Below are positions 7,635-20,071 of a stretch of DNA of 64,000 nucleotides, piece after piece. The notes beneath the pieces were generated by a model. The model was not told the DNA's origin. It was given only the letters and a program-made list of their open reading frames with translations, and did no database searches. The translations under genes were made by a program, and so were the position numbers. Numbering within the stretch: the first letter of the stretch is position 1; each line of letters opens with the position of its first letter. Source of the stretch: an uncultured Granulicella sp. (GTDB lineage: Bacteria; Acidobacteriota; Terriglobia; Terriglobales; Acidobacteriaceae); NCBI GenBank assembly GCA_965225725.1, contig CBDDBI010000010.1, positions 169,229 to 233,228 of the forward strand, in the 5' to 3' direction.

Positions 7635-10600
7635 ATGACACACCGCTTCAATCGGCTCCTCCCCAGGAAGACCGTACTCGGCACCAGTCTTCTCGCCGCC
7701 ACATGCTTCATCCCGGCCACAGCCCTACTCTTCACCCCGTCAGCCTTCGCCCAGGTTCAAAGCGGCACCCTCACCGGCACCGTCACCGACCCAACCGGTG
7801 CGGTCATCCCCAATGCCGCCATCGTGCTCACCAACCAGGCAAACGGTTCTAAGTTCACCAGCAAAAGCAATGGATCCGGCTCCTTCACTTTCACCGGCCT
7901 GCCCACGGGAGACTTCGCCATCAGCATCTCTTCGCCGGGCTTTCAGTCGTTCACGGAGAAGGGTATCCACCTCGACCCAGGTGACAGCCGCAGCCTTTCG
8001 AGCCTTAAGCTGGCCACCGGCGACACCAGCCAGTCCGTCACCGTCGAAGCGCAGGAAGACATCCCGCTCGACACCGGCGAGAAGTCCGACCTTATCACCG
8101 CCGAAGAGATCAAGCACCTCTCGGTCGAAGGCCGCGATGTCTCCGAGCTCTTCAAGACGCTGCCCGGTTTCGCTATCTCGTCGCAAAACAACACCAATGT
8201 CAATAACCAGGCCTACGACCCGTCGCAGACCAGCGTCGGCGGCGCGGCTGGCTCTTACTCGCCCAACGGCAGCATCCAGGGCATCAACATTCACCTGGAC
8301 GGCGCCAACGTCACCGACCCCGGCAACTATGGCGGCGGCCTGATCAACGTGAACTACGACCAAGTGGCCGAGGTGAAGGTGCAGACCTCGAACTTCGGAG
8401 CCGATGTGTCAAACGGCCCCATCGTCGTCAGCGTCGCCACCAAGTCCGGCACAGATCACTTCCACGGCGAACTCTACACCTACGCCCGTACGGCGGCGCT
8501 CAACTCCTCCGACGCGCTCAACGGTCCCACCAGCCAGCCCAAGGATCCCGAGCACGAGGTTTATCCTGGCTTTGCGATCGGCGGCCCGGTCCTGATCCCC
8601 GGAACCAACTTCAACCACAACCGCAAGCTCACCTTCTTCGCCGGCGCCGAAGACTACGCGCAGCGTTCGGTCTACGCCTACGGAAGCTCCGGCAGCGCCA
8701 TCGTCCATGGTCTTGTACCCACGGCGGCCATGCGTGCAGGAGACTACAGCGCCGCTTCGATCCAGAGCTTCCTCGGCCCCAACCTCTGCACCACGCCCAC
8801 CGCGTCCACCATGCAGACGGGCTCACCGTGCGCAAACACCAGCAACTATGCCTCCATCGACGTCGTGCCGACCTTCGACAAGAACGGCAATGCGATCGTC
8901 AACGGGCAGCTCCCGGCGACCGATATCGACCCGGGCATGGCGTACATCTTCAACACGTTTCCGTTGCCGAACAACGTGCCGACTGTCGCCAATCCCTACA
9001 ACTACCAGACCGACGACTACATCAATAACGATCTGTGGCAGGCGATCGGCCGCATCGACCTCGACATCAACGATAAGAATCATCTCTTCGCCCGCTACGA
9101 CACGGAGCATGGTGTCGCCGGGGAACCGGCAGCCGTCTACTACAACCCGAACGGAATCAACACGCCGGGCGGCGGCGGTCTCGAGCACACCAACGCGCAG
9201 TCGATGGCTGCAAACCTGACCACCATCATCAGCCCGACGATGACCAACCAGGTCTTCGCCAACCTCGTGTATCTGGATCAAAACTTCACCAGCGCGAACG
9301 TCTCCGTACTCACCGGGTACCCATACCAGGGTGCGTATGCGAACGGCCGTCACGTGTTGCCGCAGATCCAGGCTTACAACTCGCCCAGCGGCTCCGGCGG
9401 TCTACCTCTGGACATCGTTCCCGACTACTCGCTCGGCCCTGTTTTCGCACACAAGTTCGATCCCGAAGCCGGCGACAACGTCACCAAGGTCTGGGGTAAG
9501 CACACCGCCATTTTCGGCGTTTACGGTCAGCGCATCACCAACAACGAAGAAGAGACCAACCAGATCACAAACGGCGCCATCTCCAACTACTACCAGCCCG
9601 GCGCAGGATCGACCCAGGCCGACCTCAATGGCAACACTGTTACCTTCTCCGGTAACTTCTCCACCAACGAACTCGAAGGTTATGTCGGTGGCTACCAGCA
9701 GCAGAATGTGCTGCCCTCGGTCAACCTCTACTTCTGGAACACGGCCTTCTTCGCCACCGACTCCTGGAGGATCGGCAGCAACCTCACCTTCAACTACGGC
9801 GTTCGTTTCGATCACCAGGGCCTGTGGAACGATCAGGATGGCAAGGGCGTCGCGGTCTTCGATGCGTCGCAGATCACCAACCCCAGCCAGGGTTCACCGT
9901 ATCCGGGATTCCTGTGGCACGCGATCGATAAAAACATCCCGCTCTCCGGTGCAAAGTCCTACCCGTTCTTCGTCGAGCCTCGCGTTGGTTTCGCGTGGGA
10001 TACTCGCGGTAACGGCAAGACCGTACTCCGCGGCGGATGGGGTGAGTTCCGCGCACACGATTCCTGGAACAACACCTCCAACAGCGTCGAAGTTACGCAG
10101 AACGTTCAAACCTACACCACCGGCATCGCGTCGCTCGCCGCAATCAGCGGCTTGAACATCGCCAACCCGACCGCGGTCAACCGCACCTCGTACCTGACCA
10201 CGGGCGCGATGTATGCCACCACCCCTGGCGATCGCGAGCAGCCGCTCAGCGACACCTACAGTCTCACCTTTGACCAGGCATTGCCCAGCCACATCCACCT
10301 GGTCGTGAGCTACGTCGGAGCCAACAACCGCTTCCTCATCAACGGTGGCAGCACCCAGCCCGTCACGCTCGATAATGTCAACGCCATTCCGATCGGCGGC
10401 TTGTACCAGCCCGACCCGGACCCGGCCAGCCCGCAGTATGGACGGGTGCTGACCAACCTGAACGCCAACACGCTTCCCTACAGCCCTATCTACACGTCGA
10501 ATGCCGCCGGCGCCAGCACCCAGCAGCAGGATGAGTACCGCCCGCTGAATACCGCGAACGTTCAGTACAACGACATCGATGTGACCAACCACAACCTCTT

Positions 10601-11435
10601 CTCCAACTACAACGGCCTGCAGATTGCCGCTGCCCGGCAGACCGGCCGCCTCCTCTTCAACGTCAACTACACCTACTCGAAGGCACTGGGCGTGCGTGGA
10701 GCGGGTGCAGACGACAGCAACGGGTTCCCGACCACGCCGTTCAACATCCTGGATAACTACGGCACGGAGAGCTTCGACCGTCGCCACATCATCAACTCGA
10801 CCTATACGTTCGAGGTCGGCAACCCGGTCCACAACAAGCTCGTTGGGGAGTTCACCAACGGCTGGGAGCTCTCCGGCATCACCACCCTGCAGAGCGGTGC
10901 GGACGTCGTCGCCATCAACACCCCGAACCTGAGCCTTACCGGTACGGTCGGCGCGCCCAACCTTGCAAGCGGCACCGCCAACCCCAACGCAATCCCGGTC
11001 AGCAATGTCGAATACCTGGGAACGCCGGACGTCGACCTGCAGCCAACCGTCACCTGCAACCCGCGCGCAAACCTGGGCACCCACCAGTTTGCGAACGGCG
11101 CCTGCTTCGGTCTGCCGAACTTCCTCCAGAACGGTCAATACATTTTGCCCAGCCTGCGGGAACCCTGGTTCTTCGACACCGACATCAGCGCGCAGAAGGC
11201 CTTCGCCATCCGTGGAGAGCAGAACATCACCTTCCGCGCGTCGGCCTTCAACTTCGTCAACCACCCGCTGACCACGCTCTCGAGCGCGTTCAACACGCAG
11301 TACTACCTCAACTTCAACAACCCCAACAGCACCACCTTCGCGCAGTCATCGAGCAACACCAGCGCGGGTTTCGGTACGCTGCCCTTCAAGACCGGTCGCC
11401 GCATTATGGAGCTCTCGGCCAAGTACAACTTCTAA
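7635..11435 (+). CDS. TonB-dependent receptor, Oar-like, with N-terminal carboxypeptidase regulatory-like domain
   Basis: Signal peptide; GTLTGTVTDPTGAVIPNA; plug region; many NYGVRF/VGFAWD-type beta strands; terminal Phe (KYNF); SD aggag before ATG 7635. Confidence 0.92.
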   Translation: MTHRFNRLLPRKTVLGTSLLAATCFIPATALLFTPSAFAQVQSGTLTGTVTDPTGAVIPNAAIVLTNQANGSKFTSKSNGSGSFTFTGLPTGDFAISISSPGFQSFTEKGIHLDPGDSRSLSSLKLATGDTSQSVTVEAQEDIPLDTGEKSDLITAEEIKHLSVEGRDVSELFKTLPGFAISSQNNTNVNNQAYDPSQTSVGGAAGSYSPNGSIQGINIHLDGANVTDPGNYGGGLINVNYDQVAEVKVQTSNFGADVSNGPIVVSVATKSGTDHFHGELYTYARTAALNSSDALNGPTSQPKDPEHEVYPGFAIGGPVLIPGTNFNHNRKLTFFAGAEDYAQRSVYAYGSSGSAIVHGLVPTAAMRAGDYSAASIQSFLGPNLCTTPTASTMQTGSPCANTSNYASIDVVPTFDKNGNAIVNGQLPATDIDPGMAYIFNTFPLPNNVPTVANPYNYQTDDYINNDLWQAIGRIDLDINDKNHLFARYDTEHGVAGEPAAVYYNPNGINTPGGGGLEHTNAQSMAANLTTIISPTMTNQVFANLVYLDQNFTSANVSVLTGYPYQGAYANGRHVLPQIQAYNSPSGSGGLPLDIVPDYSLGPVFAHKFDPEAGDNVTKVWGKHTAIFGVYGQRITNNEEETNQITNGAISNYYQPGAGSTQADLNGNTVTFSGNFSTNELEGYVGGYQQQNVLPSVNLYFWNTAFFATDSWRIGSNLTFNYGVRFDHQGLWNDQDGKGVAVFDASQITNPSQGSPYPGFLWHAIDKNIPLSGAKSYPFFVEPRVGFAWDTRGNGKTVLRGGWGEFRAHDSWNNTSNSVEVTQNVQTYTTGIASLAAISGLNIANPTAVNRTSYLTTGAMYATTPGDREQPLSDTYSLTFDQALPSHIHLVVSYVGANNRFLINGGSTQPVTLDNVNAIPIGGLYQPDPDPASPQYGRVLTNLNANTLPYSPIYTSNAAGASTQQQDEYRPLNTANVQYNDIDVTNHNLFSNYNGLQIAAARQTGRLLFNVNYTYSKALGVRGAGADDSNGFPTTPFNILDNYGTESFDRRHIINSTYTFEVGNPVHNKLVGEFTNGWELSGITTLQSGADVVAINTPNLSLTGTVGAPNLASGTANPNAIPVSNVEYLGTPDVDLQPTVTCNPRANLGTHQFANGACFGLPNFLQNGQYILPSLREPWFFDTDISAQKAFAIRGEQNITFRASAFNFVNHPLTTLSSAFNTQYYLNFNNPNSTTFAQSSSNTSAGFGTLPFKTGRRIMELSAKYNF

Positions 11436-11457
11436 CCCAACCAGATCAACCGCGCCA

Positions 11458-11499
11458 AACAGAAACGCCCCACTCCGAAAGAAGTGGGGCGTTTCTGTT
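11458..11499. terminator. Intrinsic (probably bidirectional) terminator between convergent genes
   Basis: 17-bp stem aacagaaacgccccact / agtggggcgtttctgtt with T/A tracts on both sides. Confidence 0.85.
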
Positions 11500-11567
11500 G
11501 TTGGTTCCTTAGTCTGAATCAGTACTGATCGGTCCAATCCGTCTGATCGGTGTTAAGCCTTCCCTGC

Positions 11568-12338
11568 CTACAGGTTCAGCTTCTTGAACACCCGCTCCGG
11601 GATGTGCTGGATCACCCACATAATCGGGCCCCACTGGAACGGCACATACAGGTTGTCCGCCTTCGCGTCGATCGCCTTCACGATTGTCTGCGCCACGGCA
11701 TTCACATCCGCCATCTTCTCCGCGCCCGGCATGTGCGAGGTCATCGCCGTGCGCACCGGACCCGGCTTGATATTGAGGATGGTGACACCCTCGCGGTCGA
11801 CGCGATTTCGCAGCCCGCCAAGAAACGCCGACAGCGCCGCCTTCGAGCTGCCATAAAGGTAGTTCGACTTACGCCCTCGATCCCCCGCCACCGACGAGAT
11901 CACCGCCAGCACGCCCGCATGACGCTGGACGCAGAAGTTAGCCAGCCACGTCAGCAGCGACACCGCCGAGATGAAGTTGGTATGGATAATCTGTGCCGCC
12001 GTGGCGAAGTCTTGTTCCGCCCTGGCCTGGTCGCCCAGGATTCCGTGCGCAAGGTACGCCACATCCATCCCGCCCAGCGAGTTGATAGCGTGAGCCAGCA
12101 GCGCCGGGTGCTGCGTCGTATCGTCCAGATCGGACAACGCCGTGTCGACGTATCCGGCACCGCGTGTCTTCAGATCGGCCGCAACCGCCGCCAGCTTCTC
12201 AGCATTGCGTGCAACCAGGAAAAGGCTCGCGCCCTGCGAAGCCCAGATGCGGCAGGTTGCCTCGGCAATGCCCGACGTTGCGCCCAGAACCAGTATCTTC
12301 CGGCTTGCCGCCGGCGAAGTCGAAGCAGATGTACTCAT
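11568..12338 (-). CDS. SDR oxidoreductase, DprE2-like
   Basis: VLGATSGIA and SSVAGDRGRKSNYLYGSSKAAL (YxxxK); overlaps the DprE1-like stop codon. Confidence 0.85.
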   Translation of the reverse strand: MSTSASTSPAASRKILVLGATSGIAEATCRIWASQGASLFLVARNAEKLAAVAADLKTRGAGYVDTALSDLDDTTQHPALLAHAINSLGGMDVAYLAHGILGDQARAEQDFATAAQIIHTNFISAVSLLTWLANFCVQRHAGVLAVISSVAGDRGRKSNYLYGSSKAALSAFLGGLRNRVDREGVTILNIKPGPVRTAMTSHMPGAEKMADVNAVAQTIVKAIDAKADNLYVPFQWGPIMWVIQHIPERVFKKLNL

Positions 12339-13726
12339 AGGGTGGTGATATCTCCGGTAACGCGCTCCCAGAAGCTGGAGGTGATAAGAGGATCCTTGAA
12401 GCGGGCAAACTGCTCCCAGTTCGGGTAGAACGTGCGGAACTGCGGACCCGTCATCGCGGCATCCTTCGCCGGGTACAGCCGGCCGCCAAACTCCACCGTC
12501 ATGTCGCCCAGGCGCTGCATCAGCGGGAACGTCAGGTCGGGCTTGATCGGGAAGTCGAGCGCCAGCATGATGCCCGCTTGCGGAAAGCTCATCATGCCAC
12601 CCGAATCGATCGGTCCGAACGCCTTCAGCACCGCAAGGAAGCTCGCCAGGCCGGACTTCGCAATCTCCTTCAGGATGGCGACAGTGCCTTCCTTCGCGTC
12701 AGCCCACGGAATCGCATACTGAAACTGAACCAGCCCGCGCTTACCGTACATCCGGTTCCAGTGCAGCACCTTGTCCAGCGGGTAGAAGAACGGCTCGTAG
12801 TCCTGCACCGTCTTCACATGCGGCTTCATCTGCTTGTGGAAGAACACCGTATTGAACGCCGCGACACTCATGCTGTTCAACGCAAATCCCGGCGCGTTGA
12901 ACGGAAACACCAGCTTCGGCTCCGGGCTCGGCTCAAGCGGGCCCGGCACCTTCGCGTGATCGCCCAGCATATACACACCGCGTGCAAAGTTTTTGCCCGT
13001 GGAAGTACAGTCCACCCAGCTCACCGTGTACTCCACATCGGCGTACTGCTTCTTGATGGCGAGAAACTCGTCGATACCGTGGTACTGAATCCCCTCGTAA
13101 TCGATCCCGCGCGAGACAATCGGCTTCAACCGCAGCTGCGCCCAAGTAATCAGCCCCGTCAGGCCCATCCCGCCAATCGTGGCCAGGTACCAGTCCGGAT
13201 TCTCCGTGCGCGAGCAAAGTCTTCGCGTCCCATCGGAGCGCACCAACTCAAACTGCGGCACATAGCACCCGAACGAACCCGCCAGCTCATGATTCTTGCC
13301 GTGAACGTCGTTCGCGATGGCACCGCCCAGCGTCACGTACTTCGTACCCGGCGTTACCGGCAGAAAGAAGCCGCGCGGCACGGCAAAGTCCAGAATCTGC
13401 GCCAGCGTCGCGCCCGATTCGGCGGTCAAAATCCCGGTCTCCGGGTCGAAGTTCAGCAGACGGTTCATCCCCGTCGTCAGCACCAGGTTGCCGTCCTTCA
13501 GCAGGCAGCTATCGCCGTAGCTACGGCCCATGCCCACCGGCAGAATGCCATTGTGCAGGTCGGCAACGTTGGCCGGAAAGTCCTGCTGCCAGTGCATCGG
13601 CACAATCTTTGCGTCGTACCGCGGATACCGCCCCCAGCTCTCAAACGGCACATCGCCATCCGGCGGCGTCGGAACATCCGAAGTTACGCGTTCAGGAGCG
13701 GCAGCAGGCGAGGCAAAGGTAGACAT
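12335..13726 (-). CDS. FAD-binding oxidoreductase, DprE1-like
   Basis: GMGRSYGD, PVTPGTKYVTLGGAIANDVHGKNH, ATIGGMGLTG, LALDFP and GGRLYPAKD motifs. Confidence 0.88.
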   Translation of the reverse strand: MSTFASPAAAPERVTSDVPTPPDGDVPFESWGRYPRYDAKIVPMHWQQDFPANVADLHNGILPVGMGRSYGDSCLLKDGNLVLTTGMNRLLNFDPETGILTAESGATLAQILDFAVPRGFFLPVTPGTKYVTLGGAIANDVHGKNHELAGSFGCYVPQFELVRSDGTRRLCSRTENPDWYLATIGGMGLTGLITWAQLRLKPIVSRGIDYEGIQYHGIDEFLAIKKQYADVEYTVSWVDCTSTGKNFARGVYMLGDHAKVPGPLEPSPEPKLVFPFNAPGFALNSMSVAAFNTVFFHKQMKPHVKTVQDYEPFFYPLDKVLHWNRMYGKRGLVQFQYAIPWADAKEGTVAILKEIAKSGLASFLAVLKAFGPIDSGGMMSFPQAGIMLALDFPIKPDLTFPLMQRLGDMTVEFGGRLYPAKDAAMTGPQFRTFYPNWEQFARFKDPLITSSFWERVTGDITTL

Positions 13727-13771
13727 ACTCCTAGGATAGCGTCTTCAACGCAAAAGATGTTGCGGAAAGCA

Positions 13772-13799
13772 GAGGGGCACAGCGAAAGCTGTGCCCCTC
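13772..13799 (-). terminator. Hairpin downstream of rplT, probable terminator
   Basis: Perfect 12-bp stem gaggggcacagc-gaaa-gctgtgcccctc. Confidence 0.65.
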
Positions 13800-13835
13800 G
13801 TGTTACAAAGCCGAAAAGTGTTACAAAGCCGAAAA
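13800..13835. repeat. Exact 18-bp tandem duplication
   Basis: gtgttacaaagccgaaaa at 13800-13817 and 13818-13835. Confidence 0.9.
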
Positions 13836-13837
13836 AG

Positions 13838-14239
13838 CTAGACGGCTGCGGTCTGCTGACGTTTCGCGTGCTCCGCCGCAGCCTTCGTGCGTGCGTCCTT
13901 GGCGACGACCGCAAGCGCGGCAAACCCCGCCGCGTCATTCGCCGCGATGTCCGCCAGGATCTTGCGATCGAGCGTGTTGCCCGCCAGCTTCAGGCCGTTG
14001 ATAAACGTCGAGTAGCTCATGCCGTTCGCCAGCGCACCCGCGCCAATACGCACGATCCAGAGCGAGCGAAACTGACGCTTCTTCTGCTTACGGCCGGAAT
14101 AGGCAAACTTGAGACCGCGCTCGACAGCTTCTTGCGCAGCCTGGTACAGCTTGGATTTCGTGAGGAAGTAACCGCTTGCGCGCTTTAGAATCTTGCGGCG
14201 CCGGTCAGCGCGCTTTGTACTCCGTTTTACACGGGGCAT
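13838..14239 (-). CDS. rplT: 50S ribosomal protein L20
   Basis: [29 protein letters not shown] and [10 protein letters not shown]; SD aaggag upstream. Confidence 0.97.
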   Translation of the reverse strand: MPRVKRSTKRADRRRKILKRASGYFLTKSKLYQAAQEAVERGLKFAYSGRKQKKRQFRSLWIVRIGAGALANGMSYSTFINGLKLAGNTLDRKILADIAANDAAGFAALAVVAKDARTKAAAEHAKRQQTAAV

Positions 14240-14409
14240 GGTGAATCTCCTTTTTGCGTAGTTCGTTTTAGCGGCTGGTGGAAAGGCTTCCACTTCACTC
14301 GCTCTTGCAAGCCTGAATCTCGATGGAGTTCGCTCAACGCTTGCTCCAGGGGCCCATCACGCAATTGCGGCCCAACTCGATCCAAACAACGGGTCAAAAC
14401 CTATGCAGC

Positions 14410-14607
14410 TCAGGCGTACGGCAGCATCCGCGCGACGTTGTAGTGATCCGCGTCCGAGATGAGTCCGGCCTTGCCCAGGCGGCTCTTGGTCTTGTTGTTC
14501 TTCGACGTCAGAATGTGGCGCATCTTCGAGTGGCCCCGCTTGAACTTGCCGGAACCAGTCTTCTTGAAGCGCTTGGCTGCGCCGGAGTGTGTCTTCAACT
14601 TTGGCAT
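14410..14607 (-). CDS. rpmI: 50S ribosomal protein L35
   Basis: MPKLKTHSGAAKRFKKTGSGK...RHILT...LPYA. Confidence 0.97.
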   Translation of the reverse strand: MPKLKTHSGAAKRFKKTGSGKFKRGHSKMRHILTSKNNKTKSRLGKAGLISDADHYNVARMLPYA

Positions 14608-14686
14608 GGTGTTCCCTTTAGGGTCGCCGACGGACAAGCGACATCTGCCAGTCTACACCAAAAGCGGCAGAAATCGTTTCGTAACT

Positions 14687-14866
14687 TGTCCTGCCGGACG
14701 GGCCCGCTCATCGCGCGGGGCGAGCCCTTCAGGCCGTATTGGGCTTCGCTTTATCTCCCGTCGGTCGCGAGGATAGACCCTGTGCCGACCAAAGGGAGGA
14801 CCACGCGAAGCAACAACCCCGCGAAGTGGTCGCTCCGCTCGATGAGCGGGCCCGTCCGGCAGGACA
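14687..14866. mobile_element. Modular palindromic element (MITE/BIME-like, family 1), full copy
   Basis: Perfect 27-bp terminal inverted repeat tgtcctgccggacgggcccgctcatcg plus an internal hairpin module. Confidence 0.8.
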
Positions 14867-14966
14867 TGCATTTGTATGCAGTAACCTGCATCAACATTCA
14901 CCGTCTTCGGCCTTTAATCCGACGTATCCTAGTCGTAGCCCCCACCTTAGAGAAAAAGAGGCCTCC

Positions 14967-16163
14967 ATGGTTTCGCTCGATCTCGACCTCATCGCCCTCG
15001 AAGACCAGTACGGCGCCCACAACTACCACCCGCTCGACGTCATCATCGCGCGCGCCTCCGGCTCCTGGGTCTACGACGTCGACAACCGGCGCTACCTCGA
15101 CTTCCTCGCCGCCTACTCCGCCGTCAACCAGGGCCACTGCCACCCGGCCATTCTCCAAGCCCTTACAGAACAAGCCCGCCGCGTCACCATCACCTCTCGC
15201 GCCTTTCGCAACGACCAACTGCCGCTCCTGCTCCGCGATCTCCACGAAATCACCGGCTTCGACGTGGCGCTACCGATGAACTCCGGCGCCGAAGCCGTCG
15301 AAACCGCGCTCAAGGCCGCGCGCAAATGGGGCGAAACCATCAAGGGCGTGCCCGCCGGCCGGGCCGAGATTCTCGTCTGCGGCAACAACTTCCACGGCCG
15401 CACCATCTCCATCGTCGGCTTTTCGTCCGAAGCCCAGTACCGCCACGGCTTCGGCCCCTTCGCCCCCGGCTTCGCCGCCGTCCCCTTCGGCGATATCGAA
15501 GCCCTCCGCCACGCCATCACCCCCAACACCGTCGCCTTCCTCGTCGAACCCGTCCAGGGCGAAGCCGGCATCATCCTGCCGCCCCCGGGCTACCTCGCGC
15601 AGGTCGCCGCGATCTGCCAGCAGCATAACGTCCTGCTGATGTGCGACGAGATTCAATCCGGCCTCGGCCGCACCGGCCGCCTCTTCGCCTTCGAGCACGA
15701 TGGCATCCGCCCAGACGTCTGCATCATCGGCAAGGCGCTCTCCGGCGGCTTCTACCCGGTCTCCGCCGTGCTCTCGCGCAAGGACGTTCTCGGCGTCTTC
15801 CGCCCCGGCGACCACGGCAGCACCTTTGGCGGCAATCCGCTCGCCTGCGCCGTCGCCCGCGCCGCGCTCAAGGTCGTCGTCGACGAAGACCTGCCCGCAC
15901 GCTCCGCCGAGCTCGGCTGCTACGCGCTCGACCGCCTCCAGCGCCTGCGCTCGCCCATCCTGCACGAGGTCCGCGGCAAGGGTCTTTGGATCGGCATCGA
16001 GCTGAACGTGCCGGCACGTCCACTCTGCGAAGCCCTCAAGAACCGCGGCGTGCTCTGCAAGGAGACGCACGAGAACGTCATCCGCCTGGCCCCGCCGCTC
16101 ACCATCGCCCCCGACGACCTGGCCTGGGGCATCGACCAGATCGAAGCGGTTCTAACCGCCTGA
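14967..16163 (+). CDS. rocD: Ornithine--oxo-acid transaminase
   Basis: GAHNYHPLDV, FLAAYSAVNQGHCHP, PMNSGAEAVETALK, DEIQSGLGRTG, GKALSGG and HGSTFGGNPLA. Confidence 0.93.
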   Translation: MVSLDLDLIALEDQYGAHNYHPLDVIIARASGSWVYDVDNRRYLDFLAAYSAVNQGHCHPAILQALTEQARRVTITSRAFRNDQLPLLLRDLHEITGFDVALPMNSGAEAVETALKAARKWGETIKGVPAGRAEILVCGNNFHGRTISIVGFSSEAQYRHGFGPFAPGFAAVPFGDIEALRHAITPNTVAFLVEPVQGEAGIILPPPGYLAQVAAICQQHNVLLMCDEIQSGLGRTGRLFAFEHDGIRPDVCIIGKALSGGFYPVSAVLSRKDVLGVFRPGDHGSTFGGNPLACAVARAALKVVVDEDLPARSAELGCYALDRLQRLRSPILHEVRGKGLWIGIELNVPARPLCEALKNRGVLCKETHENVIRLAPPLTIAPDDLAWGIDQIEAVLTA

Positions 16164-16169
16164 AAACCC

Positions 16170-16354
16170 TGTCCTGCCGGACGGGCGCCCTGGTCGCGGG
16201 CGGCGAGCACTTCGTGCCGTATTGGGCTTCGCGTGGCGCTCCCGTTGGTCGCGAAGCAGGGATGTCCCGCGCCCGACCAACGGGAGGACCACGCGAAGCT
16301 CCCAGCGTACGCAGTACCCGCCGCCCGCGGTCAGGGCGCCCGTCCGGCAGGACA
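16170..16354. mobile_element. Modular palindromic element (family 1), full copy
   Basis: 23-bp perfect TIR tgtcctgccggacgggcgccctg; central ctcccgttggtcg/cgaccaacgggag hairpin. Confidence 0.8.
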
Positions 16355-16375
16355 TGCCTTTCAGCACCTCGCGCA

Positions 16376-16384
16376 TGTTACAAT
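16376..16384 (+). promoter_or_regulatory. Extended -10 promoter of gyrB
   Basis: TGtTACAAT about 85 nt upstream of ATG 16470. Confidence 0.5.
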
Positions 16385-16415
16385 TTAGCTACGGGCAAGC
16401 GGGACAAACTGATGA

Positions 16416-19148
<2,733 letters not shown>

Positions 19149-19161
19149 CTCCCGCGACCAC

Positions 19162-19250
19162 GGTGCCCCATCAGCGCTTCTTTGGGTGCCCCATCCTGGT
19201 TTCTTTGGGTGCCCCATCCTTCGCGCCGTTGTCTCTCGCGAAGGGTGGGG
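19162..19250. repeat. Three GGTGCCCCATC units at 23-bp period, the last one opening a REP-like hairpin (family 2)
   Basis: Units at 19162, 19185 and 19208; hairpin ccccatccttcgcg...cgcgaagggtgggg. Confidence 0.8.
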
Positions 19251-19360
19251 TATCGTTCGCGGCAGCGAACGACCGCATCGCCCACCCCTAACCTAACAGG
19301 ACCATTGTGGCCGCTGTCCTTGCCACTTTTGCTGCGGAACTTGGCGCTTTCCGAACTCTC

Positions 19361-19395
19361 CTGACACCACGCTGTCAGCACCCCTCCCCTACTCT
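19361..19395 (+). promoter_or_regulatory. Palindrome CTGACA-N6-TGTCAG over the -35 position, with -10 TACTCT, upstream of the VOC gene
   Basis: ctgaca-ccacgc-tgtcag at 19361-19378; TACTCT at 19390-19395. Confidence 0.6.
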
Positions 19396-19436
19396 GCTCC
19401 TCAGAGCACCCCAAACCGCCCTGAGGAGAGCCCGCC

Positions 19437-19868
19437 ATGCCCACCAACGAAATCGAAGCCGCAGTGCAAATGACACCGCAAACCGCAGCCACCGCACCCA
19501 ACCCGCAAGACGCCGCCAACTGGTTCGAGATCCCCACCGCCGACCTCGAACGCGCCACCACCTTCTACGAACTCCTCCTCGGCCGCGAACTCCGGCGCGG
19601 CTTCTTTGGCGAACCCATGAGCCTCTTCGCCTCATCCCAGACCGGCGTCGGCGGAGCTCTCATCCATCGCGACCAGCAGCCACCCTCCTCGTGCGGCTCG
19701 CTCGTCTACCTCAACTGCGACTCCGGCCTTGCCTCCGCGCTCGACCGCATGACCGCCGGCAAACGCGGCCAGGTCGTCGTCCCCATCACCCCTGTCCCCG
19801 GCGGCCTCGGCATCTTTGCCGTCATCCGCGATTCCGAGGGCAACCACGTCGGACTCCACGAACACTAG
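19437..19868 (+). CDS. VOC/glyoxalase family protein
   Basis: NWFEIPTADLERATTFY, LVYLNCD and FAVIRDSEGNHVGLH; SD gaggag. Confidence 0.9.
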   Translation: MPTNEIEAAVQMTPQTAATAPNPQDAANWFEIPTADLERATTFYELLLGRELRRGFFGEPMSLFASSQTGVGGALIHRDQQPPSSCGSLVYLNCDSGLASALDRMTAGKRGQVVVPITPVPGGLGIFAVIRDSEGNHVGLHEH

Positions 19869-19874
19869 ATCATC

Positions 19875-20053
19875 TGTCCTGCCAGACAGGCGCCCTAACC
19901 GCGGGCAGCGGGTACTGCGTACGCCGGGAGCTTCGCGAGACCTCCCGTTGGTCGGCACAGATCTTCGTGCCGACCAAAGGAAGGAGCGACGCGAAGCCCA
20001 ACACAGCCCGAAGGGCTCGCCCCGCGCGACGAGCGGGCCCGTCCGGCAGGACA
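19875..20053. mobile_element. Modular palindromic element (family 1), full copy with arms in swapped order
   Basis: tgtcctgccagacaggcgccct...gagcgggcccgtccggcaggaca with central ttggtcggcac/gtgccgaccaa hairpin. Confidence 0.8.
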
Positions 20054-20071
20054 TATCCTCTAAACTTCCTT

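Noticed and set aside
11436-13837. TonB receptor plus DprE pair as one polysaccharide locus
   Set aside because: The genes are convergent and separated by a strong terminator; no shared regulation is visible.
19162-19250. Possible mini CRISPR array
   Set aside because: Repeat is only 11-19 nt, period 23 nt, spacers about 12 nt and similar to each other; no cas genes.
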